From Hyphomicrobiales bacterium (GTDB lineage Bacteria; Pseudomonadota; Alphaproteobacteria; Rhizobiales; Aestuariivirgaceae): DNA of 64,000 nucleotides. Under the pieces are notes generated by a model, which made no database searches, was not told where the DNA came from, and was given only the letters and a program-made list of their open reading frames with translations. Every line of letters begins with the position of its first letter. Position 1 is the stretch's first letter. The position numbers were made by a program, and so were the translations under genes. The stretch is taken from positions 5,814 to 69,813 of the forward strand of contig JANLPA010000021.1 of assembly GCA_031366855.1 (NCBI GenBank), in the 5' to 3' direction. Of the stretch, positions 28,657-40,593 are shown in pieces.

Positions 28657-30156
28657 ATGTCTTTGGTTCCGCGCCAGGATCTGGTTGCAAACACACTTGC
28701 CTATGAGCAGTTGCCATTGGTGAAGGCCACGGGTTTTCGCGAGTATGATGCGCGTTGGGTGTTTGAGAAAGATGTTAATCTTTATGGCATTCAAGCGATT
28801 GGTTTAGGCCTTGCAACACTTTTGCATGAGCGCGGTGTTTCCCCTCATATTGTGGTAGGCCATGATTTTCGCAGTTACTCAGGTGCCATTAAACAAGCCA
28901 TGATTGTTGGGCTTATGAACGGCGGCTGCACGGTGCATGACATTGGCATGGCGATGACGCCGATGGCTTATTTTGCGCAGTTTGCATTGGATGTGCCTGC
29001 GGTTGCAATGGTGACGGCTTCGCACAACGATAATGGCTGGACCGGTATTAAGATGGGCATGAACCGCCCACTTACCTTTGGGCCCGATGAAATGCTGACA
29101 CTGAAATCGCTTGTGATGGAAGGGCGCGGGGCTTCGCGGGCTGGTGGGGCTTTGGTTCGCGTTGAGGGTTTGTTTGAAAAATATAAAACTGATCTCATCA
29201 AAGGGGGCAAGATTTCGCGCAAACTTAAAGTGGTGGCGGCGTGTGGCAATGGCACTGCAGGGGCTTTTGCGCCGGACGTTTTGCGGGCCATTGGATGCGA
29301 AGTGATCGAGGTTGATTGCGCATTAGATCACAGCTTTCCAAACTATAATCCCAACCCTGAAGACATGAAGATGCTACATGCGATGGGCGACGCTGCGAAG
29401 GCGCATGGCGCTGATTTGGCCTTGGGCTTTGATGGTGATGGCGACCGTTGTGGTGTGGTCGATAATGAAGCCCATGAAATTTTCGCCGACAAAGTGGGCG
29501 TGATGCTGGCGCGTGATATTGCCAACCAAATTGAAAATGCAAAATTTGTTGTGGATGTTAAATCCACGGGGCTGTTCAAATCTGATGCAGTTTTAAAGGG
29601 GCTTGGGGCCACCGTTGATTATTGGAAAACTGGGCATTCTTATATCAAACAGCGCACCACTGAGCTTGGGGCTGTTGCTGGTTTTGAAAAATCTGGACAT
29701 TTCTTTTTCCGCGCACCCTATGGTCATGGCTATGATGATGGTTTGGTTTCGGCTATCGCCATTTGCCGGATGCTGGACCGCGCACCGGATAAGACGATGG
29801 CAGATCTTTACCGCGCTTTGCCGCAAACATTCGCCACGCCCACCATGTCTCCGCATTGCGCTGATGAAGTTAAATATGGTGTGGTGAAAGATTTGATTGC
29901 GCGCATTGAAACTCATGCAGCATCGGGCTTGCACATTGCGGGGCAAGCAATTTCTGAAATCAACAAAGTGAATGGTGTGCGTTTTGGCTTTGCTGATGGC
30001 AGTTGGGGCTTGATCCGCGCGTCGTCCAATAAGCCAGAATTGGTTATCGTGTGTGAGAGTGTTTCATCCGATCAGCACATGCGCGAGATTTTCCGCTTTA
30101 TTGAATCTGAGCTAGCGCGCTTTCCAGCCATCGGTGAGTTTAACCAGAAGATTTGA
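28657..30156 (+). CDS. Phosphomannomutase/phosphoglucomutase
   Basis: GFREYDAR, VTASHN, FDGDGDR, FEKSGH. Confidence 0.92.
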   Translation: MSLVPRQDLVANTLAYEQLPLVKATGFREYDARWVFEKDVNLYGIQAIGLGLATLLHERGVSPHIVVGHDFRSYSGAIKQAMIVGLMNGGCTVHDIGMAMTPMAYFAQFALDVPAVAMVTASHNDNGWTGIKMGMNRPLTFGPDEMLTLKSLVMEGRGASRAGGALVRVEGLFEKYKTDLIKGGKISRKLKVVAACGNGTAGAFAPDVLRAIGCEVIEVDCALDHSFPNYNPNPEDMKMLHAMGDAAKAHGADLALGFDGDGDRCGVVDNEAHEIFADKVGVMLARDIANQIENAKFVVDVKSTGLFKSDAVLKGLGATVDYWKTGHSYIKQRTTELGAVAGFEKSGHFFFRAPYGHGYDDGLVSAIAICRMLDRAPDKTMADLYRALPQTFATPTMSPHCADEVKYGVVKDLIARIETHAASGLHIAGQAISEINKVNGVRFGFADGSWGLIRASSNKPELVIVCESVSSDQHMREIFRFIESELARFPAIGEFNQKI

Positions 30157-31232
30157 TGATGGCTGAAAAAATCATTCCAGTTATTTTGAGCGGTGGGGCA
30201 GGCACAAGGCTATGGCCATTGTCGCGTAACGCAAAGCCCAAACAGTTTTTGCGCTTTGGGTCTGAATATTCACTGATGCAAGAAACGGTGCTGCGGTGTT
30301 CGTCCAATATTTTTGATTCGAAGCCAATTATTGTTTCGGGTGAAAGCCAGAGGTTTTTGATTGCTGAAGACTTGCGTGAGATTTCCGTGCGAGCCGATAT
30401 TATTTTGGAACCGATGCGCCGCGATTCTTGTGCGGCCATTGCTGCGGGATGTTTGCAAGCTTTGCAGCGCTCACCTGATGCGCTGGTGTTTATTTTGGCA
30501 GCAGATCATAAAATTCCAGATGCCGCTGCGTTTTCAGCTGCTGTAGCCCAAGCTAAGACTGATGCAGAAGCAGGCAACCTTACAACATTTGGCATCAAGC
30601 CTACTTATGCAGCAACGGGCTATGGCTATATAAAACCGGGTGCGCAATTACGCGCTGGGGGCAGTTGTACTCTCGAAAAATTTGTTGAGAAGCCAGATGC
30701 GGTGAAGGCCGAGGAATATGTGCAATCTGGCTATTTGTGGAACAGCGGAAATTTTTTGTTTTCGGCAAAAGTTTTTCTGGATGAGTTGCAGGAGTTTGCG
30801 CCCCAAGTTTTGAGCGCGGTGCAAGAGGCATTTTCCGGGGCTCGCCGCGAGACCGATTTTGTGTGGTTAGAAACTGAAGGCTTTGCCCGCTCCCCAAAAA
30901 TTTCGGTTGATTATGCCGTGATGGAAAAAACCGATCGCGCGGCGGTGTTTGCAGTTGATTATTCTTGGAATGATATTGGTTCATGGGATGCAGTGCACGA
31001 CCTGTTGAAGCTTGATGCCTATAATAATGCTGTGCAAGGGCAGGGTGTGATTATGCAGGGAAAAAATAATCTCGTTCATAGCGATAGCATTCTGACAGCG
31101 CTGATCGGTGTTGATGATGTGGTGGTGGTGGCAACTGCGGATGCAATTTTGGTGACCAAGCGCGGCCACAGTGAAAATGTGAAAAATCTCGTGGGTGAAC
31201 TCAAAACCCGTAATTTTAAGGAAGCAGACTGA
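30156..31232 (+). CDS. manC: Mannose-1-phosphate guanylyltransferase (no C-terminal isomerase domain)
   Basis: [43 protein letters not shown]; ends at about 359 aa. Confidence 0.9.
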   Translation: MMAEKIIPVILSGGAGTRLWPLSRNAKPKQFLRFGSEYSLMQETVLRCSSNIFDSKPIIVSGESQRFLIAEDLREISVRADIILEPMRRDSCAAIAAGCLQALQRSPDALVFILAADHKIPDAAAFSAAVAQAKTDAEAGNLTTFGIKPTYAATGYGYIKPGAQLRAGGSCTLEKFVEKPDAVKAEEYVQSGYLWNSGNFLFSAKVFLDELQEFAPQVLSAVQEAFSGARRETDFVWLETEGFARSPKISVDYAVMEKTDRAAVFAVDYSWNDIGSWDAVHDLLKLDAYNNAVQGQGVIMQGKNNLVHSDSILTALIGVDDVVVVATADAILVTKRGHSENVKNLVGELKTRNFKEAD

Positions 31233-32326
31233 TGACGAAGACTGGTATGGGCAAAACGGCATTAATTACGGGCATTACCGGGCAAGATGGTGCCTATCTC
31301 GCTGATCTGCTTTTGGCCAAAGGCTATGCGGTGCATGGGGTGAAGCGGCGCTCGTCATCGTTTAATTCGGGGCGCATTGATCATATTTATCAAGATCCGC
31401 ATGAAAACAACGTTCATTTCAAATTGCATTATGGTGACATGACAGATTCAACCAATCTCATTCGCATTGTGCAGGAAACGCAACCTGATGAGATCTATAA
31501 CTTGGCCGCGCAAAGCCATGTGCAGGTGAGTTTTGAAACTGCCGAATATACCGCCAACGCCGATGGCATTGGCACGCTGCGCTTGCTGGAAGCCATTCGC
31601 CTGCTCGGCCTTGTGAAGAAGACACGGTTTTATCAAGCTTCTACCTCTGAACTTTACGGCTTGGTGCAGGAGGTGCCGCAGCGTGAAACCACGCCGTTCT
31701 ATCCGCGCTCGCCTTATGCGGCAGCGAAACTTTATGCTTACTGGATCACCGTGAATTACCGCGAGGCTTATGGCATGCACGCTTCGAATGGCATTCTGTT
31801 CAATCACGAAAGCCCGATCCGTGGTGAAACTTTTGTTACGCGAAAAATTACGCGCGCCGTTGCTGCGATAAAACTTGGCCTGCAAGAAAAACTCTACCTT
31901 GGAAACATGGATGCCAAGCGCGATTGGGGTCATGCGCGTGATTATGTTGAAGGCATGTGGCGCATGGTGCAGCAGGATGTTGGTGATGATTATGTTCTGG
32001 CCACTGGGGAGACTCATCCGGTTCGTGAATTTGTGGAGAAGGCCTTTGCCGAAGCAGGAATCACCATCGAATGGAGGGGTGTTGGTGTTGCTGAGAAGGG
32101 GCGAGATAAAGCCACTGGCAAAATTTTGGTTGAAGTTGATCCACGTTATTTCCGTCCAACCGAGGTAGAATTATTAATTGGTGATCCTGCTAAGGCCAAA
32201 GCAAAATTGGGCTGGACGCCGACCACAACATTTGAGGCATTGGTGGGTGAAATGGTGCGGGCTGATTTGAAGTTGGTGGCGCATGAAGCGGGCACGCGCC
32301 GGCCCGATGAAGACCGGACAAAATAA
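31232..32326 (+). CDS. gmd: GDP-mannose 4,6-dehydratase
   Basis: [44 protein letters not shown]. Confidence 0.97.
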   Translation: MTKTGMGKTALITGITGQDGAYLADLLLAKGYAVHGVKRRSSSFNSGRIDHIYQDPHENNVHFKLHYGDMTDSTNLIRIVQETQPDEIYNLAAQSHVQVSFETAEYTANADGIGTLRLLEAIRLLGLVKKTRFYQASTSELYGLVQEVPQRETTPFYPRSPYAAAKLYAYWITVNYREAYGMHASNGILFNHESPIRGETFVTRKITRAVAAIKLGLQEKLYLGNMDAKRDWGHARDYVEGMWRMVQQDVGDDYVLATGETHPVREFVEKAFAEAGITIEWRGVGVAEKGRDKATGKILVEVDPRYFRPTEVELLIGDPAKAKAKLGWTPTTTFEALVGEMVRADLKLVAHEAGTRRPDEDRTK

Positions 32327-32330
32327 TCAC

Positions 32331-33101
32331 ATGAAAATCTCTGTGCTCACTGTGTGCTATAACGCGCAAGAAACAATCCGGCAGACGCTGGATAGTTTCT
32401 GCGCGCAAAGCCATGGGAGCCGCGAGATGATTGTGATTGATGGGGCTTCGCGTGACAACACTGTTGCCATTGCGCGCGAATATAAAAGTGATTTCATCCG
32501 TGTGATTTCGGAACCTGACCAGGGCATGTATGATGGGCTGAATAAAGGCCTGAAACTTTATTCTGGTGATGCCTTTGGGGTGCTGAATGCCGATGATGCT
32601 TATCATCATGTGGATGTGTTGACGCAAGTTGCTGAGGGCCTTCAGCGTGCGCCTATCGTGCAGGGGCATTTGGATTTTGTCGCCGATCACGACGCTAAAA
32701 GTATCGTTCGTCACTGGCAAGGTGAGCAGCGGCCAGCAAATGGCTTTAAATCGGGCTGGATGCCTGCTCACCCCACATTTTATGTGCGGCGTGAAGTGGC
32801 CGATGCCGTGGGTGAGTTTGATTTAGCACTCGATTGCGCTGCTGATTATGATTGGATGCTGCGGGCCATTGATGTGTTTGGATTTGAAGTTACTCTGCTT
32901 GATTCCGTTTTGGTTGATATGAAAATGGGCGGCAAGAGCACCAAGGATATGCTAGCGCAGATCAGGCATAATCTTGAAGCCCTGTCTGTGCGGCAGCGCT
33001 GGCTTGATGCTGGGATGATTGACTATGCGTTGCTAGCAAAACCTTTGCGCAAGATTGGGCAATTTATTTCGCCGGCAAAACGTAAAGTGAATGGACGATA
33101 G
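32331..33101 (+). CDS. GT2 glycosyltransferase (WcaE-like, possible fucosyltransferase)
   Basis: [35 protein letters not shown]; lies between gmd and fcl. Confidence 0.85.
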   Translation: MKISVLTVCYNAQETIRQTLDSFCAQSHGSREMIVIDGASRDNTVAIAREYKSDFIRVISEPDQGMYDGLNKGLKLYSGDAFGVLNADDAYHHVDVLTQVAEGLQRAPIVQGHLDFVADHDAKSIVRHWQGEQRPANGFKSGWMPAHPTFYVRREVADAVGEFDLALDCAADYDWMLRAIDVFGFEVTLLDSVLVDMKMGGKSTKDMLAQIRHNLEALSVRQRWLDAGMIDYALLAKPLRKIGQFISPAKRKVNGR

Positions 33102-34044
33102 TGTGTTTGATTTGAAAGCAAAGCGCGTGTGGGTTGCCGGGCACCGGGGCATGGTGGGCTCAGCATTGGTGCGACGCTTGGCTTTGGAAGACTGTTCGGT
33201 TCTCACTGTAGGCCGCGATCAAGTTGATATGCGCAGGCAGGTTGACGTTGAAAATTGGATGACTTCTCATAAGCCGCAAGTGGTTTTTTTGGCGGCTGCC
33301 AAGGTGGGTGGCATTAACGCCAATAATATCTATCCGGCCGAATTTCTTTATGAGAATTTGATGATTGAGGCCAACATCATTCACGCTGCTTACAAAGTGG
33401 GTGTGGAGAAATTGGTTTTTCTGGGCTCCACTTGCATCTATCCAAAATTGGCACTGCAACCGATTGCTGAAGAGTCACTGCTCACAGGGCCGCTGGAACC
33501 CACTAATGAGTGGTATGCGATTGCGAAGATTGCGGGCATTAAATTATGCCAAGCGTATCGGAAGCAATATGGGTGTGATTTCATCGCAGCTCAGCCCACC
33601 AATCTTTATGGGCCGGGCGATAATTATGATTTGGCTAATAGCCATGTGTTGCCAGCACTTTTGCGCAAAGCCCATGAAGCTAAATTGCGTGGTGATCCAA
33701 CTTTTACAGTGTGGGGTTCCGGCACGCCCTTGCGTGAGTTTTTGCATGTCGATGATTTGGCGGATGCTGTTGTGCATTTGGCAAAAAATTTCGATGGTGA
33801 TAGTCATGTTAATGTGGGCTCCGGACAAGAAGTTTCTATTCGCAAACTTGCGGAAATGATTTGTGCCGAAGTTGGGTTTAAGGGTCAGTTGGATTTTGAT
33901 GCAACCAAGCCTGATGGCACACCGCGCAAGCTCTGTGATGTGAGCAAGTTGAAAGCACTCGGTTGGGACGGCGCGCGAGATTTAAAAACAGGTTTAACCC
34001 AGACCTATGCGAATTTTCTAACGCGCGCCGAGAGCTCACAATGA
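33091..34044 (+). CDS. fcl: GDP-L-fucose synthase
   Basis: [52 protein letters not shown]. Confidence 0.97.
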   Translation: MDDSVFDLKAKRVWVAGHRGMVGSALVRRLALEDCSVLTVGRDQVDMRRQVDVENWMTSHKPQVVFLAAAKVGGINANNIYPAEFLYENLMIEANIIHAAYKVGVEKLVFLGSTCIYPKLALQPIAEESLLTGPLEPTNEWYAIAKIAGIKLCQAYRKQYGCDFIAAQPTNLYGPGDNYDLANSHVLPALLRKAHEAKLRGDPTFTVWGSGTPLREFLHVDDLADAVVHLAKNFDGDSHVNVGSGQEVSIRKLAEMICAEVGFKGQLDFDATKPDGTPRKLCDVSKLKALGWDGARDLKTGLTQTYANFLTRAESSQ

Positions 34045-34709
34045 CCAAAGCACTCCGCATTGCGCAAATTGGATTTAACCGGGCGGGCACCAGTTCGATC
34101 TCTGATTTTTTGCGCCGCGCTGATTTTAAGTGTGTTGATCACACGTTTGATCGCGGCGTGCATAAAGGCCAATGCGTTGCAGTTTTGATTGAGGAAAATA
34201 TCGCGGCAGGCCGCAAGCCTTTGGCAGGACTTGATGAGTGGCAGGCTTTCACCGATATGGAATATGTGACACCAGATGCCGCGATTTATGCGCAGAAGAG
34301 ATTTCGTGAAATTGCCAAAGCGCATCCTGAAGTGAAATTCATTTTGAACTTGCGCGACAAACAAGATTGGTTGCAGAGCCGGGCGAAATTTGGGGGCTAT
34401 CTTTCAACATGCGCTGACGCGGCAAAAGCTTCAGAGCCTGAAATGCTAAATATATGGTCTAAAGAATGGGATGACCATATTGCGGCGGTCAAAGATTATT
34501 TTACACCTGAACGATTATTGATTTTGAACATTGATCAGCCAGATGAAGTTGCTTTGTGCAAATTTGTTGGCCTTGATCATGTAATTGGGTTGCGCCAGAA
34601 AAACAAAGCGCCACGCGGGCCTGTGTCAAAATATTTGCAAAGCTTTGCATTTAAATCTGTGGCCTCTTTATTCCCGCAACGATTTAAAAACTGGATCAAA
34701 AACTATTGA
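34041..34709 (+). CDS. PAPS-dependent sulfotransferase family protein
   Basis: [10 protein letters not shown] (5'-PSB loop) and [15 protein letters not shown] (3'-PB motif); ATGA overlap with fcl. Confidence 0.75.
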   Translation: MTKALRIAQIGFNRAGTSSISDFLRRADFKCVDHTFDRGVHKGQCVAVLIEENIAAGRKPLAGLDEWQAFTDMEYVTPDAAIYAQKRFREIAKAHPEVKFILNLRDKQDWLQSRAKFGGYLSTCADAAKASEPEMLNIWSKEWDDHIAAVKDYFTPERLLILNIDQPDEVALCKFVGLDHVIGLRQKNKAPRGPVSKYLQSFAFKSVASLFPQRFKNWIKNY

Positions 34710-36241
34710 ATCTGTCCATGACCAAATTTAATGCGGTTGTGAAGCTGATGACCAGCTTGTTGCGCACCAAATATTTTATAGTGATTGCAGAAGTTTTTTT
34801 GATGACACTATTAACGCTGTCGTCCTTCTCACTTTTGGTGCGGCTTACAGATGTTAAAGTAATTGGGTTTTGGGTGTTGCTCAATTCACTTTTAAGTTTT
34901 TCTAAGATTGCCGATTTTTGGTCTGCAGGACTTGTCACGTTTGTGGCCGAAGACGTTGCTCGCGGGAACGAAGAAAAAGCGAGCCGCCTCGTTTCAACTT
35001 CTATGCTCACGGCCGCAATTGGCTTTCTAACTATTGTTCTAATGGTTGGGTTTGGACTCAACCTGTTTGCCGATCACATTCCCGGTGTGGATGACGCAAA
35101 ATTGGTGCGAAGTGTTTTGCCTTTGATGTGTGTGACGTTCTGGTTAAGCACTGTGGCTGCAACCTATCAGGTTGGATTTTTGGGTTTTAACCGCCCCCTT
35201 CTGAAACTGATTCAAAATGTTGGCGGCAGCTTGGTGTTTCTCATTCTATCGGTTGTGTTGGTGCCACAATTTGGGCTTTGGGGCATATTGTTTGCGCAAG
35301 CTGTGCAGGGCTTTTTGATGCTTTGTTTTGGTCTCTTGGTGTTTCATGGGTTCATGACCAAGTCTTCGCCGCTTGCATGGAGCAATGCCGAATTTAAAAA
35401 GTTGAGCCACTATGGTGGTAAGGCAACTATAGTCGGGTTTTTACAATTGGCGACTGAGCCACTTATTCGCCTATTGGCCAGCTATTTTGGTGGGCTTTCA
35501 GCTGTGACGCTTGTCGAACTGGCAACACGCATGATTGTTGCGGTGCGCGGGCTCATCATGTCTGTTGGGCAATTGTTGGTTCCGGCCTTTGCGCGGGCTT
35601 CACTGCAAGATCAAGAAGAGACTGCAAAACTTTATGCTCATGCAAAACGAGTTTTTATTTTGGTTACTGTACCAGTTTTAGCTTGCTTGTTATGTGTGGC
35701 CCCTTTGCTGGAACGGGCAATGCTGGTTAAACCAACGCCTGAATTCCTGCCGATGGTGTGGATGCTCAGCTTTGGCTGGGGCGTGAATATTGTTACGGCG
35801 CCAGCTTTCTTTCTGCTGACCGGTCGCAGAAGATTGCGCCCGTTGTTTTGGAATAGGCTGTTAATGCTTCTTTCTGTGTTGGTTTTTGGCGCTTTGGGCG
35901 GGCAGTTTTTTGGAATTTTGGGTGTGACATTTGGCGTTACTATTGGATTGGTTTCTGCATCGCTTTTTGTATCTGGCGCGGCGCGTGAGTTTGAAACTGC
36001 TGGCAGATCAAACGCAAATATGGCGTTTCGCCTCTCGTTGATATATCCCTTGGTGCTTGCACTTCTGACCAATGCGAGTTTTTTGGTTTTAGCCAAGAAT
36101 GGATTTTCGGTGTGGGTTTTGGCTTCGACTTCTGCTGTTGGCCTGCTTGCGGTAATGATTGTTGCGGTGACAAGTTTGCCAATAAATCTCTTAAAGGTTG
36201 GCGGTGTTGGTAATGCCGAATTTGAAGAAGAGCTGATATAA
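34706..36241 (+). CDS. Wzx-type polysaccharide flippase
   Basis: 511 aa, about 12-14 hydrophobic segments, IADF..GLVTFVA MOP-like N-terminus, EPS context. Confidence 0.75.
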   Translation: MNLSMTKFNAVVKLMTSLLRTKYFIVIAEVFLMTLLTLSSFSLLVRLTDVKVIGFWVLLNSLLSFSKIADFWSAGLVTFVAEDVARGNEEKASRLVSTSMLTAAIGFLTIVLMVGFGLNLFADHIPGVDDAKLVRSVLPLMCVTFWLSTVAATYQVGFLGFNRPLLKLIQNVGGSLVFLILSVVLVPQFGLWGILFAQAVQGFLMLCFGLLVFHGFMTKSSPLAWSNAEFKKLSHYGGKATIVGFLQLATEPLIRLLASYFGGLSAVTLVELATRMIVAVRGLIMSVGQLLVPAFARASLQDQEETAKLYAHAKRVFILVTVPVLACLLCVAPLLERAMLVKPTPEFLPMVWMLSFGWGVNIVTAPAFFLLTGRRRLRPLFWNRLLMLLSVLVFGALGGQFFGILGVTFGVTIGLVSASLFVSGAAREFETAGRSNANMAFRLSLIYPLVLALLTNASFLVLAKNGFSVWVLASTSAVGLLAVMIVAVTSLPINLLKVGGVGNAEFEEELI

Positions 36242-36280
36242 AAGCATTGATTCTTTGATTCGGGGAAACTGCAGCTGAGC

Positions 36281-37606
36281 ATGGTTTTTCACTCGCCCAC
36301 TTTTCCGGCCACGCAAAGCCGTGACTCTCATCTTGTGCGGACAGCAGAGGTGAGTGTGGGCTTTTTGCTTTTTCTATTTGTATTATTTGCTGCTTATGGC
36401 CCGGCTTTTGGTTTTTCTGGCCAATTGCGTTATGTTGAAGCCACATTGCTGGTTGTTGGCCTGTTTTATTATAATAAATTTATTGATCGTGTCGATGCAC
36501 TGGAGTGGAAGCTGAGCGGTTTGTTCTTGCTCACAGCGGCCGCACAATTGATTTCAAATGTTGTCAATCATGCACCCATGGCATCTTCGATTGCCCGCAT
36601 AGGAACTTATGTTTTGCTGGCAGCACTCATTCCGGTTGTGGCCGTTTTGGTGAACCGTGACTGGCGGCGGATGTTGGCGGTTATTTTTGGTTATGGTGTA
36701 TCTTATGTGGTCGTGTGGTATAGCGGCAGTGTTGTTTCTGATACATTTGAACAATTGCCGTGGCGGCTTGGGCTTGGAGCTGCAGTTACTCTCATCGTTG
36801 TGGCGCTTTTTGGGTTGATACCACGCGCACGGTTGGCGCTCACATTAGCCCTATTCGGACTTTCAGCTTTGCATCTTTATCTGAGCAGCCGCTCACTTGC
36901 AGCGATTACTTTATTGGTTGCATTGCTTTGTTTGGTATCCACGTTTTGGGGGCGAGCAAGACCTGCCGAATTTAAAGTGCGATCATTTATCGCTGTCATT
37001 CTTTCACTGAGCCTGTTTGCTTATATTGGCCCGGTTGCAATTGGCTGGATGGCCAATGCACAGTTGTTGCCAGAAAACTTAGTTACAAAAAACCAATTGC
37101 AGGCCGCAAATAGCTATGGGTTTTTGGCGGCTGCACGGCCTGATACTTTTACCGCACTCTATGCGATCGGCAAGCGTCCGCTGCTTGGCTATGGCTCTGG
37201 GGTTTTTGATGCTGAAGTGTTTTCATTTTATGCCGAAGTGAATGCTGCAAGTTATCGCGATGCGCATTTGTCGCGCAGCGTGTTTAAAAATATTTACAAA
37301 CAAGATTGGTTGCAAGGTATTCCGAGTCACAGCCACCTGTTTGGTGCCTGGGCTGACGCTGGAATCTTTGCGGCATTGAGTTGGTTCTTTGTCTTATGGA
37401 TTGATTTGAAGATGCTAGCGAGACTGTGGCGCTGGGGCCATCCGCTGGCACCCTTGTTTGCATTCGTTGGCATTGCCACTTTATGGGACGTGTTGTTTTC
37501 GCCGGGGCCAATTCGCCTCGACATAGCTATTCGATTGGTGATTATGGCCACAGCGTTTCGATATTTTGATCAGCAAGACGCAGTGGCGCGGCGACTTTTG
37601 CGATGA
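36281..37606 (+). CDS. Wzy-like polysaccharide polymerase
   Basis: Polytopic; SSRS, RPLLGYGSG, PSHSHLFGAW...G motifs; sits between wzx and the GT genes. Confidence 0.7.
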   Translation: MVFHSPTFPATQSRDSHLVRTAEVSVGFLLFLFVLFAAYGPAFGFSGQLRYVEATLLVVGLFYYNKFIDRVDALEWKLSGLFLLTAAAQLISNVVNHAPMASSIARIGTYVLLAALIPVVAVLVNRDWRRMLAVIFGYGVSYVVVWYSGSVVSDTFEQLPWRLGLGAAVTLIVVALFGLIPRARLALTLALFGLSALHLYLSSRSLAAITLLVALLCLVSTFWGRARPAEFKVRSFIAVILSLSLFAYIGPVAIGWMANAQLLPENLVTKNQLQAANSYGFLAAARPDTFTALYAIGKRPLLGYGSGVFDAEVFSFYAEVNAASYRDAHLSRSVFKNIYKQDWLQGIPSHSHLFGAWADAGIFAALSWFFVLWIDLKMLARLWRWGHPLAPLFAFVGIATLWDVLFSPGPIRLDIAIRLVIMATAFRYFDQQDAVARRLLR

Positions 37607-38424
37607 CCAAACCACTCGTTTCAATCGTCACAATTTCCTATAATCAGCGACAGTTTTTGCGACAAACAATTGAGTCTGTGCTAGCGCAAAAAACCGGTGA
37701 CGTTGAATATATAATCGTTGATGCCGGATCACGCGATGGCAGCATGGAATTGATTGCTGAATATGATGACAAGATTGACCATGTGATTGCAGGTCCAGAC
37801 CAAGGACCGGCCGATGGTTTGAATAAGGGCTTTGCAAAAGCTTCTGGCGATATTGGTTATTTTTTAAACTCTGATGATTTTTTGATGCCACATGGCTTGG
37901 CAGTGATGCGGCAGTTTTGGACGCGGCCTCAATCAGTTAATGTGTTGTTGTGTGGCACTTGGATGGTTGATCAACAGGGAGTTCCGTTGCGCGAGTTACA
38001 GCCCACTGCGCGTGGCCTGCAAAGCCTGTTGAATGGCACTGGTCAAATGGTGCAGCAAGGCATGAGCTTTAAACTTGATACGTTCAGAAAAATCGGCGGC
38101 TTCAATATACAAAATCGCACGTGCTGGGATTTGGAATTGCTCTGTGGACTTTTGCATGATGGTGCGGCAGTCGCATTTCTGCATGATCGCATTGGTGCCT
38201 TTAGATTGCATGGTGAAAGCTTGACCAGCGGTGCTGCGGGAGCAAAGCATGAGGTGAGATACCTGGCCGATATAGCGCGGTTGTGCCAAGAGTTCGGCGT
38301 GAAGCCGGTGCAGCAATCTCGCCTCTTGCGGCACTTAAAATTGCCGCATAAATTGTTTGATCATTTGATCCCTTCGCGCATGGCTAAGAGATTTGCGGCT
38401 GATTGTGTAAGCCATGAAAGCTAG
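37603..38424 (+). CDS. GT2 glycosyltransferase
   Basis: VSIVTISYNQ, VDAGSRDGS, DQGPADGLNKG, LNSDD. Confidence 0.9.
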   Translation: MTKPLVSIVTISYNQRQFLRQTIESVLAQKTGDVEYIIVDAGSRDGSMELIAEYDDKIDHVIAGPDQGPADGLNKGFAKASGDIGYFLNSDDFLMPHGLAVMRQFWTRPQSVNVLLCGTWMVDQQGVPLRELQPTARGLQSLLNGTGQMVQQGMSFKLDTFRKIGGFNIQNRTCWDLELLCGLLHDGAAVAFLHDRIGAFRLHGESLTSGAAGAKHEVRYLADIARLCQEFGVKPVQQSRLLRHLKLPHKLFDHLIPSRMAKRFAADCVSHES

Positions 38425-39451
38425 GCCGCTTGTGGTTTTTATGTGGGCGGGCCTTCCCGATTATGGTGCACGGCTGATCCGGGCCTTTATCGAGAGTGGC
38501 ACGGCGGAAGTTCAGGTGATAGCAACGCTGCCTTCGGTTCCAATTCTAGGCATGGAGCAATCTTTAGGGCAGGCAGTTCTTTGGATTAAAGACGATGCGC
38601 CAGTCACATGGCAAAGCTTGGGCCTTCGCGTTCCTGATGTTTTGTTTCAAGGCGGATGGGCGCAAGCCTCATTCAGGTCACTTGCTGCTGAGGCGCGCTC
38701 GCAAGGTAGCAAGATCGTTTTGATGAATGATCAGAATTGGCAGGGTGGATTGCGTCATCGGATCGTGGATCCGCTGCGCTACCGTGCCAAATATTTGAAA
38801 AAATTCGATGCTGCCTTTGGGCCTGGTAAAAGTGGAGCGCGTTATGCGCGAGCTATGGGTTTTCCACCATCACGAATAGTAACCGGGCTTTATGGCGCAG
38901 ACCCAATTGTGTTTTATGGCGGGTCACCTTTGAAGCTGCGGCCCAAGTCTTTTCTGTTTATTGGCCAATTGATCGCTCGCAAAAATATTTTGAATTTGGT
39001 GCAAGCGTTTTTAAAAATTGCGGTGGAATTTCCGGATTGGAAATTGATTATATGCGGAAGCGGAAAACTTCAGCCGCAAATTCCGGTCCACTGGCAAATT
39101 CAGGTGCAAGGGTTTGTGCAACCTATAGAGCTTGCCGAAAAATTGCGGCTGAGCCGGTGTTTGGTTTTGCCTTCGCTTGAAGAACATTGGGGCTTGGTGG
39201 TGCATGAGGCCGCTTCCTGTGGCTGTGCTTTGGCACTGTCAAACACCGTTGGCAGTGCTGTTGATTTTACGACCGAGACATTTAACCCGCGCGATTTGAA
39301 AGCGATGGAAAATGCATTGCGGCGCATTGCTGCTTGGACTGACGAGGAGTGGGAGAGGGCTGATACAACCTCTCGTCAGGCGGCGCAACAGTTTGGGCCG
39401 GCGCAATTTGCACGCTCGGTTCAGCACCTAGTTGATGAACTTTTAAAATGA
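38414..39451 (+). CDS. GT4 glycosyltransferase
   Basis: FLFIGQLIARKN, VLPSLEEHWGLVVHEA. Confidence 0.88.
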   Translation: MKARPLVVFMWAGLPDYGARLIRAFIESGTAEVQVIATLPSVPILGMEQSLGQAVLWIKDDAPVTWQSLGLRVPDVLFQGGWAQASFRSLAAEARSQGSKIVLMNDQNWQGGLRHRIVDPLRYRAKYLKKFDAAFGPGKSGARYARAMGFPPSRIVTGLYGADPIVFYGGSPLKLRPKSFLFIGQLIARKNILNLVQAFLKIAVEFPDWKLIICGSGKLQPQIPVHWQIQVQGFVQPIELAEKLRLSRCLVLPSLEEHWGLVVHEAASCGCALALSNTVGSAVDFTTETFNPRDLKAMENALRRIAAWTDEEWERADTTSRQAAQQFGPAQFARSVQHLVDELLK

Positions 39452-40593
39452 AGATCATCCATGTTGCACCTTCATTGGAAGATCAGGCTTCTGGCATAGC
39501 AACGGTTGTTCCGGCTTTTGCGCAAGCTGCGGGCCACATGGGCCATGATGTTGAATTGTTTTCCTTGGGGCCACGCGGTGTGGTGGCGCGTGCTGGTTTT
39601 ACCCAGCAGAAATTTGAAGTGGATTGGCCACAAGTGCCGATTTTGAGTAAGCTGCAATCATCAACGCTCATGCAGGCTGTTTTGCTTGCGGCACCTTGCG
39701 ATGTGATTCACGCTCATGGCTTGTGGGGCATGGCTGGCATTTATGCGGCACGCGCTAAGGCCGCTCACAAAAGCAAACTCATCATCAGCCCGCATGGCAT
39801 GTTGGCGGCTGATGCATTGCGTTATTCGCCGTGGCGCAAGAAAATATTTTCTGCGCTGTTGCAAAATCGAGCGCTGGCTGCGGCGGATTTATTTCATGCC
39901 ACAAGTGCGGCTGAGGTTGATGATATTCGCCGCACCGGATGGACACAGCCTGTGGCTTTGATTGCGCCGGGCATTGATGTTTTGGATGTGCCGGTTACGA
40001 GCCCGCAAAAACTCCGCACAATCCTTTATGTGGGTCGTGTTCACCCGATCAAGCGCTTGGGTGATTTGCTCGATGTGTGGCGCGAATTATCTATTCAGCA
40101 CCCGCTGTGGCGCATCCGCATTGTGGGGCCGGATGATACGACTGAAGCACTGTATCTCAAGCAGCGTATTGGGTTAGAAAAGCTGGAGCGGATTAGCATT
40201 GAACCTCCGTTGTTTGGTGCCAACAAAGCGGCGGCCTATGCCGAAGCGGATCTTTTTGTGTTGCCCTCGCAATCGGAAAATTTTGCGATGGTTGTGGCCG
40301 AAGCCTTGGCGCACGGCGTTCCGGTTATATGTTCTAAAGGTGCGCCGTGGGCAGGCCTTGAAACTGAACGCTGTGGCTGGTGGAGCGATATTGGGTCAGA
40401 ACCTTTGCGCGGCGCAATGAACACAGCACTGCAATGCCCGCGCCTAATTTTGCGCCAGATGGGAGCGCGCGGGCGCGCTTGGATGGCGCGTGATTTTTCG
40501 TGGGGCGCAGTGGCACAGAAGTTAAACAGCACCTATCAATGGATGGTTGAGGGCGGGGATCGCCCAGATGTTGTCAAGGAGACTGGCCGATGA
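39448..40593 (+). CDS. GT4 glycosyltransferase
   Basis: HAHGLW, ISPHGML, YVGRVHPIK, VLPSQSENFAMVVAEA. Confidence 0.9.
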   Translation: MKIIHVAPSLEDQASGIATVVPAFAQAAGHMGHDVELFSLGPRGVVARAGFTQQKFEVDWPQVPILSKLQSSTLMQAVLLAAPCDVIHAHGLWGMAGIYAARAKAAHKSKLIISPHGMLAADALRYSPWRKKIFSALLQNRALAAADLFHATSAAEVDDIRRTGWTQPVALIAPGIDVLDVPVTSPQKLRTILYVGRVHPIKRLGDLLDVWRELSIQHPLWRIRIVGPDDTTEALYLKQRIGLEKLERISIEPPLFGANKAAAYAEADLFVLPSQSENFAMVVAEALAHGVPVICSKGAPWAGLETERCGWWSDIGSEPLRGAMNTALQCPRLILRQMGARGRAWMARDFSWGAVAQKLNSTYQWMVEGGDRPDVVKETGR

